64,000 nt of DNA from Candidatus Eiseniibacteriota bacterium (lineage in GTDB: Bacteria; Eisenbacteria; RBG-16-71-46): positions 1 to 64,000 of the forward strand of contig JBGAML010000017.1 of the NCBI GenBank assembly GCA_044223005.1, read 5' to 3'. The stretch's first letter is position 1, and each line of letters starts with the position of its first letter. The notes beneath the pieces were generated by a model. It was not told the DNA's origin. It saw nothing but the letters and a program-made list of their open reading frames with translations, and did no database searches. Shown in pieces: positions 9,031-18,401 of this stretch. A program made the translations under genes and the position numbers.

Positions 9031-10737
9031 TCAGCGTTCCGTGCGCGCGGTCGGCGACGCCGCGGCGCCGTGCTGGCGGCGCTGGTGCAGGGCCGTGACG
9101 CGGCCGTCCAGCCACGTCCAGAAGCGCAGGCCCCGGCCGGGCGCGAAGTGCACGTTGTAGAAGTGCCAGACGATCACGACGCCGATCGCGAGCAGCGCTT
9201 CGTCCGCATGCAGCCGCAGCGCCACCGCGAGTGCGCGCGCCGGCAGCGCTTCGGCGAGCGAGGACGCCCACCCGAGCAGCAACCCGGTCGCCGCCATCGC
9301 GGGCACGCCCCAGAGAACGGCGAGGTAGTGCACCTTGGCGCGGAACTCGTGCGCACCGTGCGCGGGCGGCGCGTCGCTCCCGCCGACGTGGTAGCGCAGC
9401 GCCTCGCCCGCCTCGCGCACGTCGCGCGCAACCGGAAGGATCGGCCAGGCTCGCGCTACGTTTCCGCGAGCGGCCACGAGCCGCGCCAGTGCCCAGACCA
9501 GGTGCGCGAGCAGCGCGACGCCCATCGCGATCGCCGCCACGCGGTGCGCGACACGCAACGACTCCCAGCCGCCCAGCGCCGTCCCCCACGCCCGGAATGC
9601 GTCCGATGCGGGAAAGCGGATCGGCAGGCCCGTGAGAGCCAGCACCGTGAAGCTCGCGACCAGCAGGCCGTGCTGCAGCCGCATCACGAGCGGCAGGCGC
9701 GGCACCAGCGTGCCGTCGGCGCCGGCGGCCTCGCCGGTGCGCGGGCGCCCGACGGGGCGCACCACGTCGAGCAGCACGCCCAGCGCGAAGGCGAGCATCA
9801 CCGCGAGCCCGCCCCAACCGAACCACGCGCTCGCGGCCCGCACCGGAGCGGAACGCCGCTCGAGCGTCGCCATGTGGTCCGTGCCCGACGCCGCGAAGCG
9901 CGGCCCCGCGCCGCGGTGGCAGCCGTCGCGGCCGCACGTCGCGGCCAGCCGCGAGGCGTGCGTCGTCGATTCGGGGTCGCGTGCCCGGCGCACGCCGTGC
10001 GTGTCGTGACAGTCGAGGCAGGTGGCCGCCTTCGCTTCGCCGAGCCGCAGCGCCGCGAAATGCAGCCCGGCCCGGTACGACGCGACGGCGTCCACCGCGA
10101 CCGAGTCGCGCGCCATGCGTTCGCGGTTCTCGTGGCACGACGCGCACGCTTGTACGCGGGCCAGCGGCGGGAACTCGTCGCGGACGCGCCCGGCGGCGTG
10201 CGGATCCCCCGCACCGTGGCAGTACGCGCAATCCGGCTGGCCGGGCTCGCCGCGCAGGCCGTCGGCGTGCACGCTCTCGCGGTACTCGCGCACGGTGTCG
10301 GCGTGCCGCACGGGACGGCCCTTGGCGTCGCGCGCGTGGCAGTCGGCGTCGCACCCGACGTCGGGACGGCGCCCGCCCGTGAACACGTGCGGGTAGGCCT
10401 TCACGTCCGGGTGGCATTGCGTGCACGCCAGCGCTCCGTGTGCGGAGCGGCCGAACGCCACGCTGTCGACCGAGAGGTGCAGGGCCTCGCCGCTCGCCGA
10501 ATCGCGCGCGACGAAGCTCGGCAGCCCGTGACAGACGAGGCAGCGGCTGCGCTCCACCGCTCCGAACTCCTGGCGCGCGCCCGGGAGCGTGTATCCGGCG
10601 GGCGGTCCGAGCAGGAACACCGCGCGCCGCTGCGGCGCCGGTTCGTACGTGGCGGCGATCGCCTGCGGCAGCGCGCCCACGAGCGCGAGCGCCACCGCGA
10701 CCCGGCAGGCGCCGTCGCGCACCGCGCGCGTCGTCAC
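9031..10737 (-). CDS. Multiheme cytochrome c fused to a di-heme cytochrome b membrane domain (CbcL/FdnI-like architecture)
   Basis: Signal peptide; CLVCH, CTQCH, CAYCH, CASCH, CLDCH plus CDADCH and CGRDGCH; TM helices with His (QHGLLVASF, VAHRVAA, RLHADEA, VWHFYNVH). Confidence 0.88.
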   Translation of the reverse strand: MTTRAVRDGACRVAVALALVGALPQAIAATYEPAPQRRAVFLLGPPAGYTLPGARQEFGAVERSRCLVCHGLPSFVARDSASGEALHLSVDSVAFGRSAHGALACTQCHPDVKAYPHVFTGGRRPDVGCDADCHARDAKGRPVRHADTVREYRESVHADGLRGEPGQPDCAYCHGAGDPHAAGRVRDEFPPLARVQACASCHENRERMARDSVAVDAVASYRAGLHFAALRLGEAKAATCLDCHDTHGVRRARDPESTTHASRLAATCGRDGCHRGAGPRFAASGTDHMATLERRSAPVRAASAWFGWGGLAVMLAFALGVLLDVVRPVGRPRTGEAAGADGTLVPRLPLVMRLQHGLLVASFTVLALTGLPIRFPASDAFRAWGTALGGWESLRVAHRVAAIAMGVALLAHLVWALARLVAARGNVARAWPILPVARDVREAGEALRYHVGGSDAPPAHGAHEFRAKVHYLAVLWGVPAMAATGLLLGWASSLAEALPARALAVALRLHADEALLAIGVVIVWHFYNVHFAPGRGLRFWTWLDGRVTALHQRRQHGAAASPTARTER

Positions 10738-12305
10738 GCGCCCTCCGCGACCATGCGGTCGGCGGCGCGCAACGCGAGCGCGACCGCCGTGAGCGTCGGA
10801 TTCACGGCCCCGCCGGAGCCCACGAAGTTGGCGAGCCCGAGCACGTGCAGGCCCGGCGTGTCGTGCACGGCGCCGAACGAATCGGTCACGCTGTCCTTCG
10901 GCCCCGCGCCCATGCGGCAGGTGCCCATGTAGTGCGCGAACGTCCCGAACTCCTCGAGCCCGGGGAAGATCACTTCCGTCGCCCCGGTCGCGTGGCCGAT
11001 CCGCTCGAACAGCAGCCTCGCGAACCCGTGCGTGCGCCGGTCGAACTCCGAGGAGTCGTACTGGACGCGTGCGATCGCGTCACCGAAACGGTCCCGTTCG
11101 CGCGAGAGCGCGACGAACTTGCGCTCCGACGGTACGGTCTCGGCGTGCATGCCGACCTGCCGGCAGCGCGTCGTCACCTCGAAGCGGCGCATCACGTCCT
11201 CGAAGCTCCCGGCCCCGCCGGCCTCGCCCTCGTGCGACATCGCGGGCAGCGACGGCAGTTCGATCTTGATTCCACCGACGGTGCCGCGGTCCTCGGGATC
11301 GACGAACTGGTTGGTCTGGCCGGTCCAGAACCCGACCTGGCCGGCCATGAGCCGCTCGCGGTAGTGCAGGTGCCCGTTCCAGATGTGGTGGAACGTCAGG
11401 TGCCGGCCGACGTGGCCCCCGGTGTTGCCGAGCCCATCGGGGTGCCTCGCGTCGGTCGAAAGCAGCAGCAGGCGCGCGGACTCGAATGCCGCGCCCGCGA
11501 CGATCACGAGGTCGGCGTCGTGCTCGCGATCGGCACGCGCCTCCGTGCCGCGCACCACGAGGCCGCGCGCGCGACCGGCCGCATCCGTGCGCACGCGGCG
11601 CACGGAGGTGTTCGTGTGCAGGCGGCAATGCCCTGTCGCCATCGCGCGATGCAGGTGGTGCGTGGGCGTATAGCGCGAGCCGATCGGGCACAACCAGCAC
11701 TGGCCGATGTTCATGCACGCGGGCCGGCCGTCCCAGTCGAGCCGCGTGCGCGCCTGGGGCGTCGTGTGCATGTGGATGCCCCCAGCGCGCAGCTTCGCGG
11801 CGAAGCGTTCGTCCTCGGCGGTCATCTCGAACGGCGGCAGCGGATACGGCCGCGACCGCGGCGGTGCCCACGGGTTGTCGTCGTCGGTGCCCGAGACGCC
11901 GAGCTGCGCCTCGGCACGGCACATCCACGGCTCGAGTGCGTCGTAGTCGACCGGCCAGTCCTCGCCGAAGCCGCGCAGCGTGCGCGTGCGGAAGTCGACG
12001 GGCGTCATGCGGGTCGCGAGCCCGGTCCACGCGGTGCCGCTGCCGCCCACCCGCAGGACGCTCTCGCGCCAGAGCTCGCGCCGGTAGCTGCCGGTCGACT
12101 CCATGCGCGCGAGATCCGCGGGCGGCGCCCAGGCGGGATTGGACCAGTCCCAGCTCGCGGCCTCGAGGAAGGGTCGCCGGTGCGGGTACGGGTAGTCGGG
12201 TCCCTTCTCGAACACGTCCACCTCGAACCCGGCGCGCGCGAGTTCCAGCGCCATCGTGGCGCCGATCATGCCCGAGCCGACGATCGCGACGCGTTTCGCG
12301 CTCAT
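10734..12305 (-). CDS. GMC-family FAD oxidoreductase (catalytic subunit)
   Basis: VAIVGSGMIG Rossmann motif, RVGGSGTAW, CMNIGQCWLCP Cys motif, AHYMGTCRMG, NPTLT; ATG at 12305 overlaps the upstream stop. Confidence 0.92.
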   Translation of the reverse strand: MSAKRVAIVGSGMIGATMALELARAGFEVDVFEKGPDYPYPHRRPFLEAASWDWSNPAWAPPADLARMESTGSYRRELWRESVLRVGGSGTAWTGLATRMTPVDFRTRTLRGFGEDWPVDYDALEPWMCRAEAQLGVSGTDDDNPWAPPRSRPYPLPPFEMTAEDERFAAKLRAGGIHMHTTPQARTRLDWDGRPACMNIGQCWLCPIGSRYTPTHHLHRAMATGHCRLHTNTSVRRVRTDAAGRARGLVVRGTEARADREHDADLVIVAGAAFESARLLLLSTDARHPDGLGNTGGHVGRHLTFHHIWNGHLHYRERLMAGQVGFWTGQTNQFVDPEDRGTVGGIKIELPSLPAMSHEGEAGGAGSFEDVMRRFEVTTRCRQVGMHAETVPSERKFVALSRERDRFGDAIARVQYDSSEFDRRTHGFARLLFERIGHATGATEVIFPGLEEFGTFAHYMGTCRMGAGPKDSVTDSFGAVHDTPGLHVLGLANFVGSGGAVNPTLTAVALALRAADRMVAEGA

Positions 12306-12910
12306 GCGCTGCCGCCCTTGGGCGCGAGCGTGGCGATCGCGCGCGGCATGCCGGGCCACGCGGGATAGCCGTGCAGGATCCACGCGTCCGTGCGCGCGAA
12401 CAGCCGGAACACGGGGCGCACCACGTGCCGCCCGAAACGCTCGTCGTCGCGCGCGAGGAATCCGCGCCTCAGCCGCTCGCGCCCGCGCGTGGGCCGGTAC
12501 CGTGCGAGCAGCCGCCGCCGCACCTCGCCCGGCGCCGCGGCGAATGAGCGATGTCCCGCGCGGTGCGCGTCGCGCTCCACGCGTGCGGCGAAGCGCTCGT
12601 AGAGCGCGCGCATGCCGGGAAGGTGCTCGGCGCGCCAGCGGAACAGCTCGAGGTAGTGCTCCGGCTCGACCCGCTCGTACAGCAGTGCCGCGACGCTCGC
12701 CGCGAGCGCGTCGCGAGCGGTGTCGCTCATGCGACCCGGCGGCTCGCCCCCGGCGTCGGCGGCGAGGAAGCCGCGCACGATCGCCGCGCGCCGCCGCACG
12801 CCGAGCACCCCCAGCGCGACCAACGCCACGGCCAGCCAGCCGAGCACGCGGCGCCGCGAGGGGCCGCGCCCGGACGGAGAGGCCCGCCCCGCACCCTGCG
12901 CCGAGTCCAT
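12302..12910 (-). CDS. Tat-signal small subunit, gluconate 2-dehydrogenase subunit 3-like
   Basis: SRRRVLGWL twin-arginine motif plus hydrophobic stretch; C-terminal AWILHGYPAWPG; directly upstream of the GMC gene. Confidence 0.65.
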   Translation of the reverse strand: MDSAQGAGRASPSGRGPSRRRVLGWLAVALVALGVLGVRRRAAIVRGFLAADAGGEPPGRMSDTARDALAASVAALLYERVEPEHYLELFRWRAEHLPGMRALYERFAARVERDAHRAGHRSFAAAPGEVRRRLLARYRPTRGRERLRRGFLARDDERFGRHVVRPVFRLFARTDAWILHGYPAWPGMPRAIATLAPKGGSA

Positions 12911-13034
12911 GCCCCGATGCTAGACAAGCTCGGCCTCCGCCACGGCGGGGCGGACTCCGCCCGGGGAAGGCGCCGGGCCGGAACGCGAACGGCCGCGCCT
13001 CGCGAGAGGTGCGGCCGCGCGGACTTCCGCCCGT

Positions 13035-15167
13035 CTAGAACGCGGCCAGGTCGCGGATCGCCTTCGCCAGCGTCGCCTTCTGCGGCAGGATCACGTCCTC
13101 GAGCTGCGGCGCGTAGGCGACCGGTGTGTCGAGCGCGCCGACGCGCCGCACCGGGGCATCGAGGTCCATGAAGCAGTCCGACGCGATGCGCGCCGCCACT
13201 TCGGCGCCGAAGCCGCAGAAGAGCGTGTCCTCGTGCGCCACGAGCACGCGGCCGGTCTTCTTCACCGACGCGGCGATGCTCGCGAAATCGAGCGGCTGCA
13301 TGGTGCGCAGGTCGAGGATCTCGGCCTCGATACCCTCGTCGGCGAGTTCCTGCGCGGCGAGGTAGGTGCGCTGCACCAGCGCGCCGTACGTGACGACCGT
13401 CACGTCCGTGCCCGGGCGCACGATGCGCGCACGGCCGAACGGCACCGTGTACTCGGGGCCCGGGTAGGGCTCCTTCGCGTAGGGCTGGCGGTAGAGGTGC
13501 TTGTGCTCGAGGAACAGCACCGGGTCCTCACTGCGAAGTGCGGTGCGCAGCAGGCCGGCCGCGTCGCTCGCGCAGCTGGGGATCACGACGCGCAGGCCCG
13601 GGCAGTGCGCGAAGATGCTCTCGCCGCACTGGCTGTGGTACGGCGCGCCGCCGCCCAGGTAGCCGCCGTAGGCCGCGCGCACGATCACCGGCGCCGACCA
13701 GGCATTGTTGGAGCGGTAGCGCATGTACCCGAGTTCGTCGCGCAGCTGCATCATCGCGGGCCAGATGTAGTCGAAGAACTGGATCTCGACCACCGGCCGC
13801 ATGCCGACGAGCGCCTGCCCGATCGCGCGGCCGACGATGTTGGCTTCCGCGAGCGGCGAGTTGTAGACGCGGGTGCCGCCGAACTGCTTCTGCAGGCCCC
13901 ACGTGACGCCGAACACGCCGCCCTTGCCCTTGAGCTCGCCGAGCACGTGCTCGTGTGACGCGTCCGCGACGTCCTCGCCGAACAGCACGATGCGCGGGTT
14001 GCGCGTCATTTCGTCGCGCAGGCAGTAGTTGATGCTCTGCAGGATCGTCTCGCCCTGCGCGCCGGGCTCGGGCTTCGGGATCGACACGAAGCGCTCGGAG
14101 GCCGGGTCGATGTTCGGAGAGAAGACGAACGCCGTGGCGGTGTGCACCGCGGGCTGCGGCGAGACTTGCGCCTCTTCCGACGACTTGCGGATGTTCGCGA
14201 CCACGTCCTCGTGCAGGTGCTCGACCTGCTCCGGCGTCAGGATGCGCTCCTCGACGAGGAAGCGCGCGAACGTGCGCAGGCAGTCGCGCTCCGCCTCGGC
14301 CTGCCGGATCGCCGCGGGCTTGTACTTGCTCTCGTCGTCCGACATGGAGTGCGAGTACGGGCGCGTGACCTTGGCGCGCACCAGCGCCGGGCCCTTGCGC
14401 GCGCGGCAGTAGGCGACGGCCTCGGAGAGCACCTGGTAGGACTCGAGCGGGTCGTTGCCGTCGACCTCCCCGACCAGGTGCAGGTTCGGGAAGCCGCGCA
14501 CGAGTTCGGCCACGTTGCCGCCCGCGGTCTGGACGTCGACCGGAACCGAGATGGCGTAGCCGTTGTCCTCGACCAGGAACAGCACGGGGAGCTTGAGATT
14601 GCAGGCGGAGTTCAGCGCCTCCCAGAACTCGCCCTCGCTGGTCGCGCCGTCGCCGGTGGAGACGTAGACGACCTCGTCGCCCTTCGCGATGCCCTGCAGC
14701 TCGGGATGCACGGTCTCGAGCTGGCGAAACTTCACCAGCGCCTCGGCGACGCCCACGGCCTGCAGGAACTGCGTGCCGGTCGGGCTCGACTGCGAGACGA
14801 TGTTGAGCTTCCGGTGACCCCAGTGACTCGGCATCTGGCGGCCGCCCGAGTTCGGATCCTCGGCCGCGCCGACCGCGGAGAGCAGCATCTCCTTGGGAGT
14901 CATGCCGAGCTGCAGGCAAAGCGCGCGGTCCCGGTAGTACGGGAAGAAGTAGTCGTGCCCCGGCCGCATCGCCTTCCCCGCCGCGGCGAGCACGGCCTCG
15001 TGACCGGCGCCCGAGATCTGGAAGAAGATCAGGTTCAGCTTCTTGAGGCGGATCTCCTCGTCGTCGGTGCGACGCGAGGTCACCATGGTCCGGTAGAGCC
15101 CGACGAGATCGTCGGCCGAAAGGCCGTGGTAGCGCGAAGCGGCTCCTGCGGTCTTCACGGAGGGCAT
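13035..15167 (-). CDS. 2-oxoacid (probably branched-chain) dehydrogenase E1, fused alpha+beta subunit
   Basis: [18 protein letters not shown] motif, [46 protein letters not shown]. Confidence 0.92.
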   Translation of the reverse strand: MPSVKTAGAASRYHGLSADDLVGLYRTMVTSRRTDDEEIRLKKLNLIFFQISGAGHEAVLAAAGKAMRPGHDYFFPYYRDRALCLQLGMTPKEMLLSAVGAAEDPNSGGRQMPSHWGHRKLNIVSQSSPTGTQFLQAVGVAEALVKFRQLETVHPELQGIAKGDEVVYVSTGDGATSEGEFWEALNSACNLKLPVLFLVEDNGYAISVPVDVQTAGGNVAELVRGFPNLHLVGEVDGNDPLESYQVLSEAVAYCRARKGPALVRAKVTRPYSHSMSDDESKYKPAAIRQAEAERDCLRTFARFLVEERILTPEQVEHLHEDVVANIRKSSEEAQVSPQPAVHTATAFVFSPNIDPASERFVSIPKPEPGAQGETILQSINYCLRDEMTRNPRIVLFGEDVADASHEHVLGELKGKGGVFGVTWGLQKQFGGTRVYNSPLAEANIVGRAIGQALVGMRPVVEIQFFDYIWPAMMQLRDELGYMRYRSNNAWSAPVIVRAAYGGYLGGGAPYHSQCGESIFAHCPGLRVVIPSCASDAAGLLRTALRSEDPVLFLEHKHLYRQPYAKEPYPGPEYTVPFGRARIVRPGTDVTVVTYGALVQRTYLAAQELADEGIEAEILDLRTMQPLDFASIAASVKKTGRVLVAHEDTLFCGFGAEVAARIASDCFMDLDAPVRRVGALDTPVAYAPQLEDVILPQKATLAKAIRDLAAF

Positions 15168-15416
15168 GCGGAGGTCTCCCGGGAGGATGGGGGCGACAGC
15201 GGATGAAACACTGTAAAGGAGCGCCGGACTCCCGGGCAACCGGCGCTTTGCACGCCCGCGCCGCGCGGCGAGGCCTTCCGCACGATGCGGCCAAGCCGCC
15301 GCGGCGCCGCAGCGGTTGAAGCCGGGCCCGAACGCGGGCTAACCTCGTATCCTTCTCCCGCGCCGCGCGGCCCGCAGTCCGAACTCGCGGCGGCCGCCGG
15401 TCCACCGGAGTCCCTC

Positions 15417-16856
15417 ATGCGCCCTCCCCAGCCCGATGCCCCCTCGCGGCGGCACTGGATCGCGATCGTCCTGCTGGCGCTGGCCGTCCGCGCGGCCGTG
15501 GGATTCATGGCCGACGGCAATGGTGAGATGGAGGGCCTCGCCCCGGCCTACGAGGAGAACGCGTACGCGCTGGCCGCGGGGTACGGGTTCGTGCGCCCGG
15601 TCTACGGCGCGCCCCCCGAGGTCGTTCTGCGCCCCATCGTCGACTCGCTCGCCGTGCGCGGCGAGCGGCTGACGCCCGCGCGGGCGCCGCGGCTCACACC
15701 GGCCCGCTGGCGGCCGGTGACACTGCATCCGCCCGGGTACGCGATCTGGGGCTGGCTGCTGTACCGGATCTTCGGCCCGCCGATGACGGTCTGGGCGCGC
15801 GTCTTCCAGGCGCTCTTCGATGCCGCGGCGTGCCTGCTCGTGATGCGGATCGGCCAGCGCTTCGGCGGCCGCTTCGCGGCGCTCGTCGCCGGCTACGGCT
15901 CGGCGCTCTTCCTGCCGCTCGCCTACCTCGTCACCTCGCGCGTCGCCGACGCGCTGACGCCGCCGCTCGTCGTACTGGCGTTCTGGACGTTCCTGCAGGG
16001 ACTGGATTCGGGCCGCGCGCGCTGGTGGGCGGGCACCGGGGCGGTGATCGCGGCGCTGTGGATGTTGCGTCCCGACTACGCACCGCTGCCGGCGTTCCTG
16101 CTCCTCGTCGCCGCGATCGCGCGGCCGGGTTTCCGCACGCGGCTCGTGCCCGCCGCCGCGATGCTGCTCACGACCGCCGTGCTCGTGCTGCCGTGGGCGT
16201 TCCGCAACCAGCGCGCGATCGGCGAGTTCACGCCGAGCGCGACGTCGTCGGGCATGGTGCTGCTCCAGAGCATCGGCATGTTCCCGAACCCGCACGGCAT
16301 CCAGCTCGAGGACGGCTGGTACGACGTCGAAGCGGTGCGCGCGGGCTTCGAGAGCGCCGAGGATCCGGGCGCGGCGCGCATGTTCCAGAAGCGCTACCTC
16401 GCGATCGCGCGCCGCGACCCGATGCTGATCGCGCGCTCGGTGGCGATCCGGCTCGGGCTGGGGCTGGTGCCGCCCTACCACTGGGGCTGGCGCAACACGT
16501 ACTACGACGGCCACTCCTACTACGACTACCTCGCCCGCGAAGGTCTGGGGCCGCTCGCGGCGCTGAAGCGCCATCCGCTGGACATCCTGCGCGCGTACTG
16601 GGACCGCTTCCTCTTCCTGCCGATCGCGCTGCTGCTGCTCGCGGGCAGCATCGCGTGCGTCGTGCTCGCGCGCGGCGCGAGGCGCGAAGCGCTGCTGCTG
16701 CTGGCGCCATTCGCGTACGTCGTGGGCGTGCACCTGCCGCTCTACATGACCATGCGCATGATGGTGCCCGGAGTCTTCGCGCAGCTGGTGGCGTGCGCCT
16801 GCGCGTTCCAGCTTGCGCGCGGCCGCGCGGCGCTGGGGCTGCCGGCACGAGGCTGA
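15417..16856 (+). CDS. Polytopic membrane glycosyltransferase, GT-C fold (ArnT/PMT_2-like)
   Basis: HPPGY motif, many TM helices, LRPDY, PWAFRNQ motif; start codon uncertain. Confidence 0.7.
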   Translation: MRPPQPDAPSRRHWIAIVLLALAVRAAVGFMADGNGEMEGLAPAYEENAYALAAGYGFVRPVYGAPPEVVLRPIVDSLAVRGERLTPARAPRLTPARWRPVTLHPPGYAIWGWLLYRIFGPPMTVWARVFQALFDAAACLLVMRIGQRFGGRFAALVAGYGSALFLPLAYLVTSRVADALTPPLVVLAFWTFLQGLDSGRARWWAGTGAVIAALWMLRPDYAPLPAFLLLVAAIARPGFRTRLVPAAAMLLTTAVLVLPWAFRNQRAIGEFTPSATSSGMVLLQSIGMFPNPHGIQLEDGWYDVEAVRAGFESAEDPGAARMFQKRYLAIARRDPMLIARSVAIRLGLGLVPPYHWGWRNTYYDGHSYYDYLAREGLGPLAALKRHPLDILRAYWDRFLFLPIALLLLAGSIACVVLARGARREALLLLAPFAYVVGVHLPLYMTMRMMVPGVFAQLVACACAFQLARGRAALGLPARG

Positions 16857-16863
16857 CCGCGCT

Positions 16864-18264
16864 TCAGCGCGACGTGCCGGGTTCCGACAGCAGGCGCAGC
16901 AGCCGCTCGAGGCACGTGCGCGAGCCCGGCGACAGCGGGCGCGCGAGCAGTTCCGACGCGAGCAGCCGCGCCTGGCGGTAGCGGTGCCGCTGCAGCAGCG
17001 GCGTCAGCGCGGCGAGTTCTTCGGGCGCCACGGCGTCGGTGGCGGGCGCGTCCGTCGAAACGGTCGCATCGAGGGGCGACTCCACCGCCGCCACCGGGGC
17101 CACCGGCTCCGCCTGCGGCGGCGGCGCGCCCCCGGCGCGGCGCGACGCGAGTTCTGCCGCGAACGCGCGCGTCGGGGCCGCATCGGCGTCCAGGCGCTGC
17201 GCCACCGCGAGGTGTTCGTCGGCCAGTGCCTCGGCGCCGTTCCGCCACACGAGCATGCTGCCCAGGGCGTCGACCAGTTCGACGTTCGGCACGTGTGCAC
17301 GGTTCGTGGCGACGAGTGAGCGGAAGGGCTGCGAGAAGTTCCAGTTCATGCCGGAGTAGCTCGGCCGCTGGGCGTAGAGCTCGAGCCGCCAGTGCACGCG
17401 CTTCTCGTCGCCGAACGTGGCGCGGAACGCCTCGCGGGCATCGTCACCGCGCCGCAGCGCGGCGAGGTAGCGCTCGAACCGCGGCAGGTCCTGGACGTTC
17501 TCGTTGAGCAGCATGTGCACGAGCAGCCAGGACTCGGCGTAGAACGTCGCGCGCTTCGCGCCGCCGTGGTAGTCCGCGGAGCCGAATCCGATCGCGAGCA
17601 GTTCGGAAACCGGCATCAGGTCGTGCCCGCGCAGCCACGCGATCGCTTCGGGCATGGGTTCGCCCACGCGCACGTCGGCGTCGTGCACGCGCAGCGTGCT
17701 GAAGTACTGCGCGAGTCCTTCGTGCAGCCACGGCGGCGCCGACGGCACGGACTCGCGCAGCAGCGCGTGCGTGTACTCGTGCAGCGCGACGGCGTCGATC
17801 GCGTCCGCCGGCCCGGGCTCGAGCAGCAGGAAGCCGCCCGTCGGCGTGGGCTGGAAGAGTCCCGCGTCCTCTTCCGGCCGGCCGCCCACGGTGGGCAGGT
17901 AGGCGCGGAATGCGTCCCCGCTGCCGAAGGCGAACGCGGTGCGCGAGCGATCGGCCTGCACCACGAGAGACGGCGCGGTGCGCTCCGCCTGCTCGTGCAG
18001 CCGCTCGAGCACTTCCGCGAGCCGCGCGGCGCGATCGCTCCCGGCGTCCGAGAGCACGCGCACGTGCGGCGTGCGGACTTCGCTCCACTCGCCATGCAGC
18101 ACGGCGTCGGGCACGCGCGCACGCGCCGGTGCGGCGGCGGCGAGGCACACGAGAGGCGCGAGCAGGAGCACGAAGCGAGGACGCAGGAGAGCCTCCCGGG
18201 CATGGGGTTCCCGGTCGCGCGGCGCACCCCGGGGAACCGGGACGCGAGGCCGGCGAACGGGCAT
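16864..18264 (-). CDS. Secreted zincin-like protein (DUF1570/peptidase MA-like) with short TPR-like C-terminus
   Basis: Signal-like LLLAPLVCLAAAAPARA; WSEVRTPH; HEYTH...PPWLHEGLAQYF; FYAESWLLVHML. True start probably downstream of 18264. Confidence 0.72.
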   Translation of the reverse strand: MPVRRPRVPVPRGAPRDREPHAREALLRPRFVLLLAPLVCLAAAAPARARVPDAVLHGEWSEVRTPHVRVLSDAGSDRAARLAEVLERLHEQAERTAPSLVVQADRSRTAFAFGSGDAFRAYLPTVGGRPEEDAGLFQPTPTGGFLLLEPGPADAIDAVALHEYTHALLRESVPSAPPWLHEGLAQYFSTLRVHDADVRVGEPMPEAIAWLRGHDLMPVSELLAIGFGSADYHGGAKRATFYAESWLLVHMLLNENVQDLPRFERYLAALRRGDDAREAFRATFGDEKRVHWRLELYAQRPSYSGMNWNFSQPFRSLVATNRAHVPNVELVDALGSMLVWRNGAEALADEHLAVAQRLDADAAPTRAFAAELASRRAGGAPPPQAEPVAPVAAVESPLDATVSTDAPATDAVAPEELAALTPLLQRHRYRQARLLASELLARPLSPGSRTCLERLLRLLSEPGTSR

Positions 18265-18401
18265 CCACCGGGAGATCGGAACGCTTCGCGCTCCGCTTGA
18301 GCGGACCCGCGGAAAACGTTGCGGCGCAACGCCGCCCGAAAACGCAGGCGGCCCGGGCGATGACTCTCCCGGGCGGCCGCGATCGCCGTGGGAAACGCGC
18401 C

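Noticed and set aside
360..9098. Long antisense or alternate-frame ORFs (e.g. 679-3867, 3967-7065, 5193-9098) and similar ones throughout the window
   Set aside because: Arg/Ala/Gly-rich shadows expected from high GC and codon bias; they overlap well-supported genes and have no motifs.
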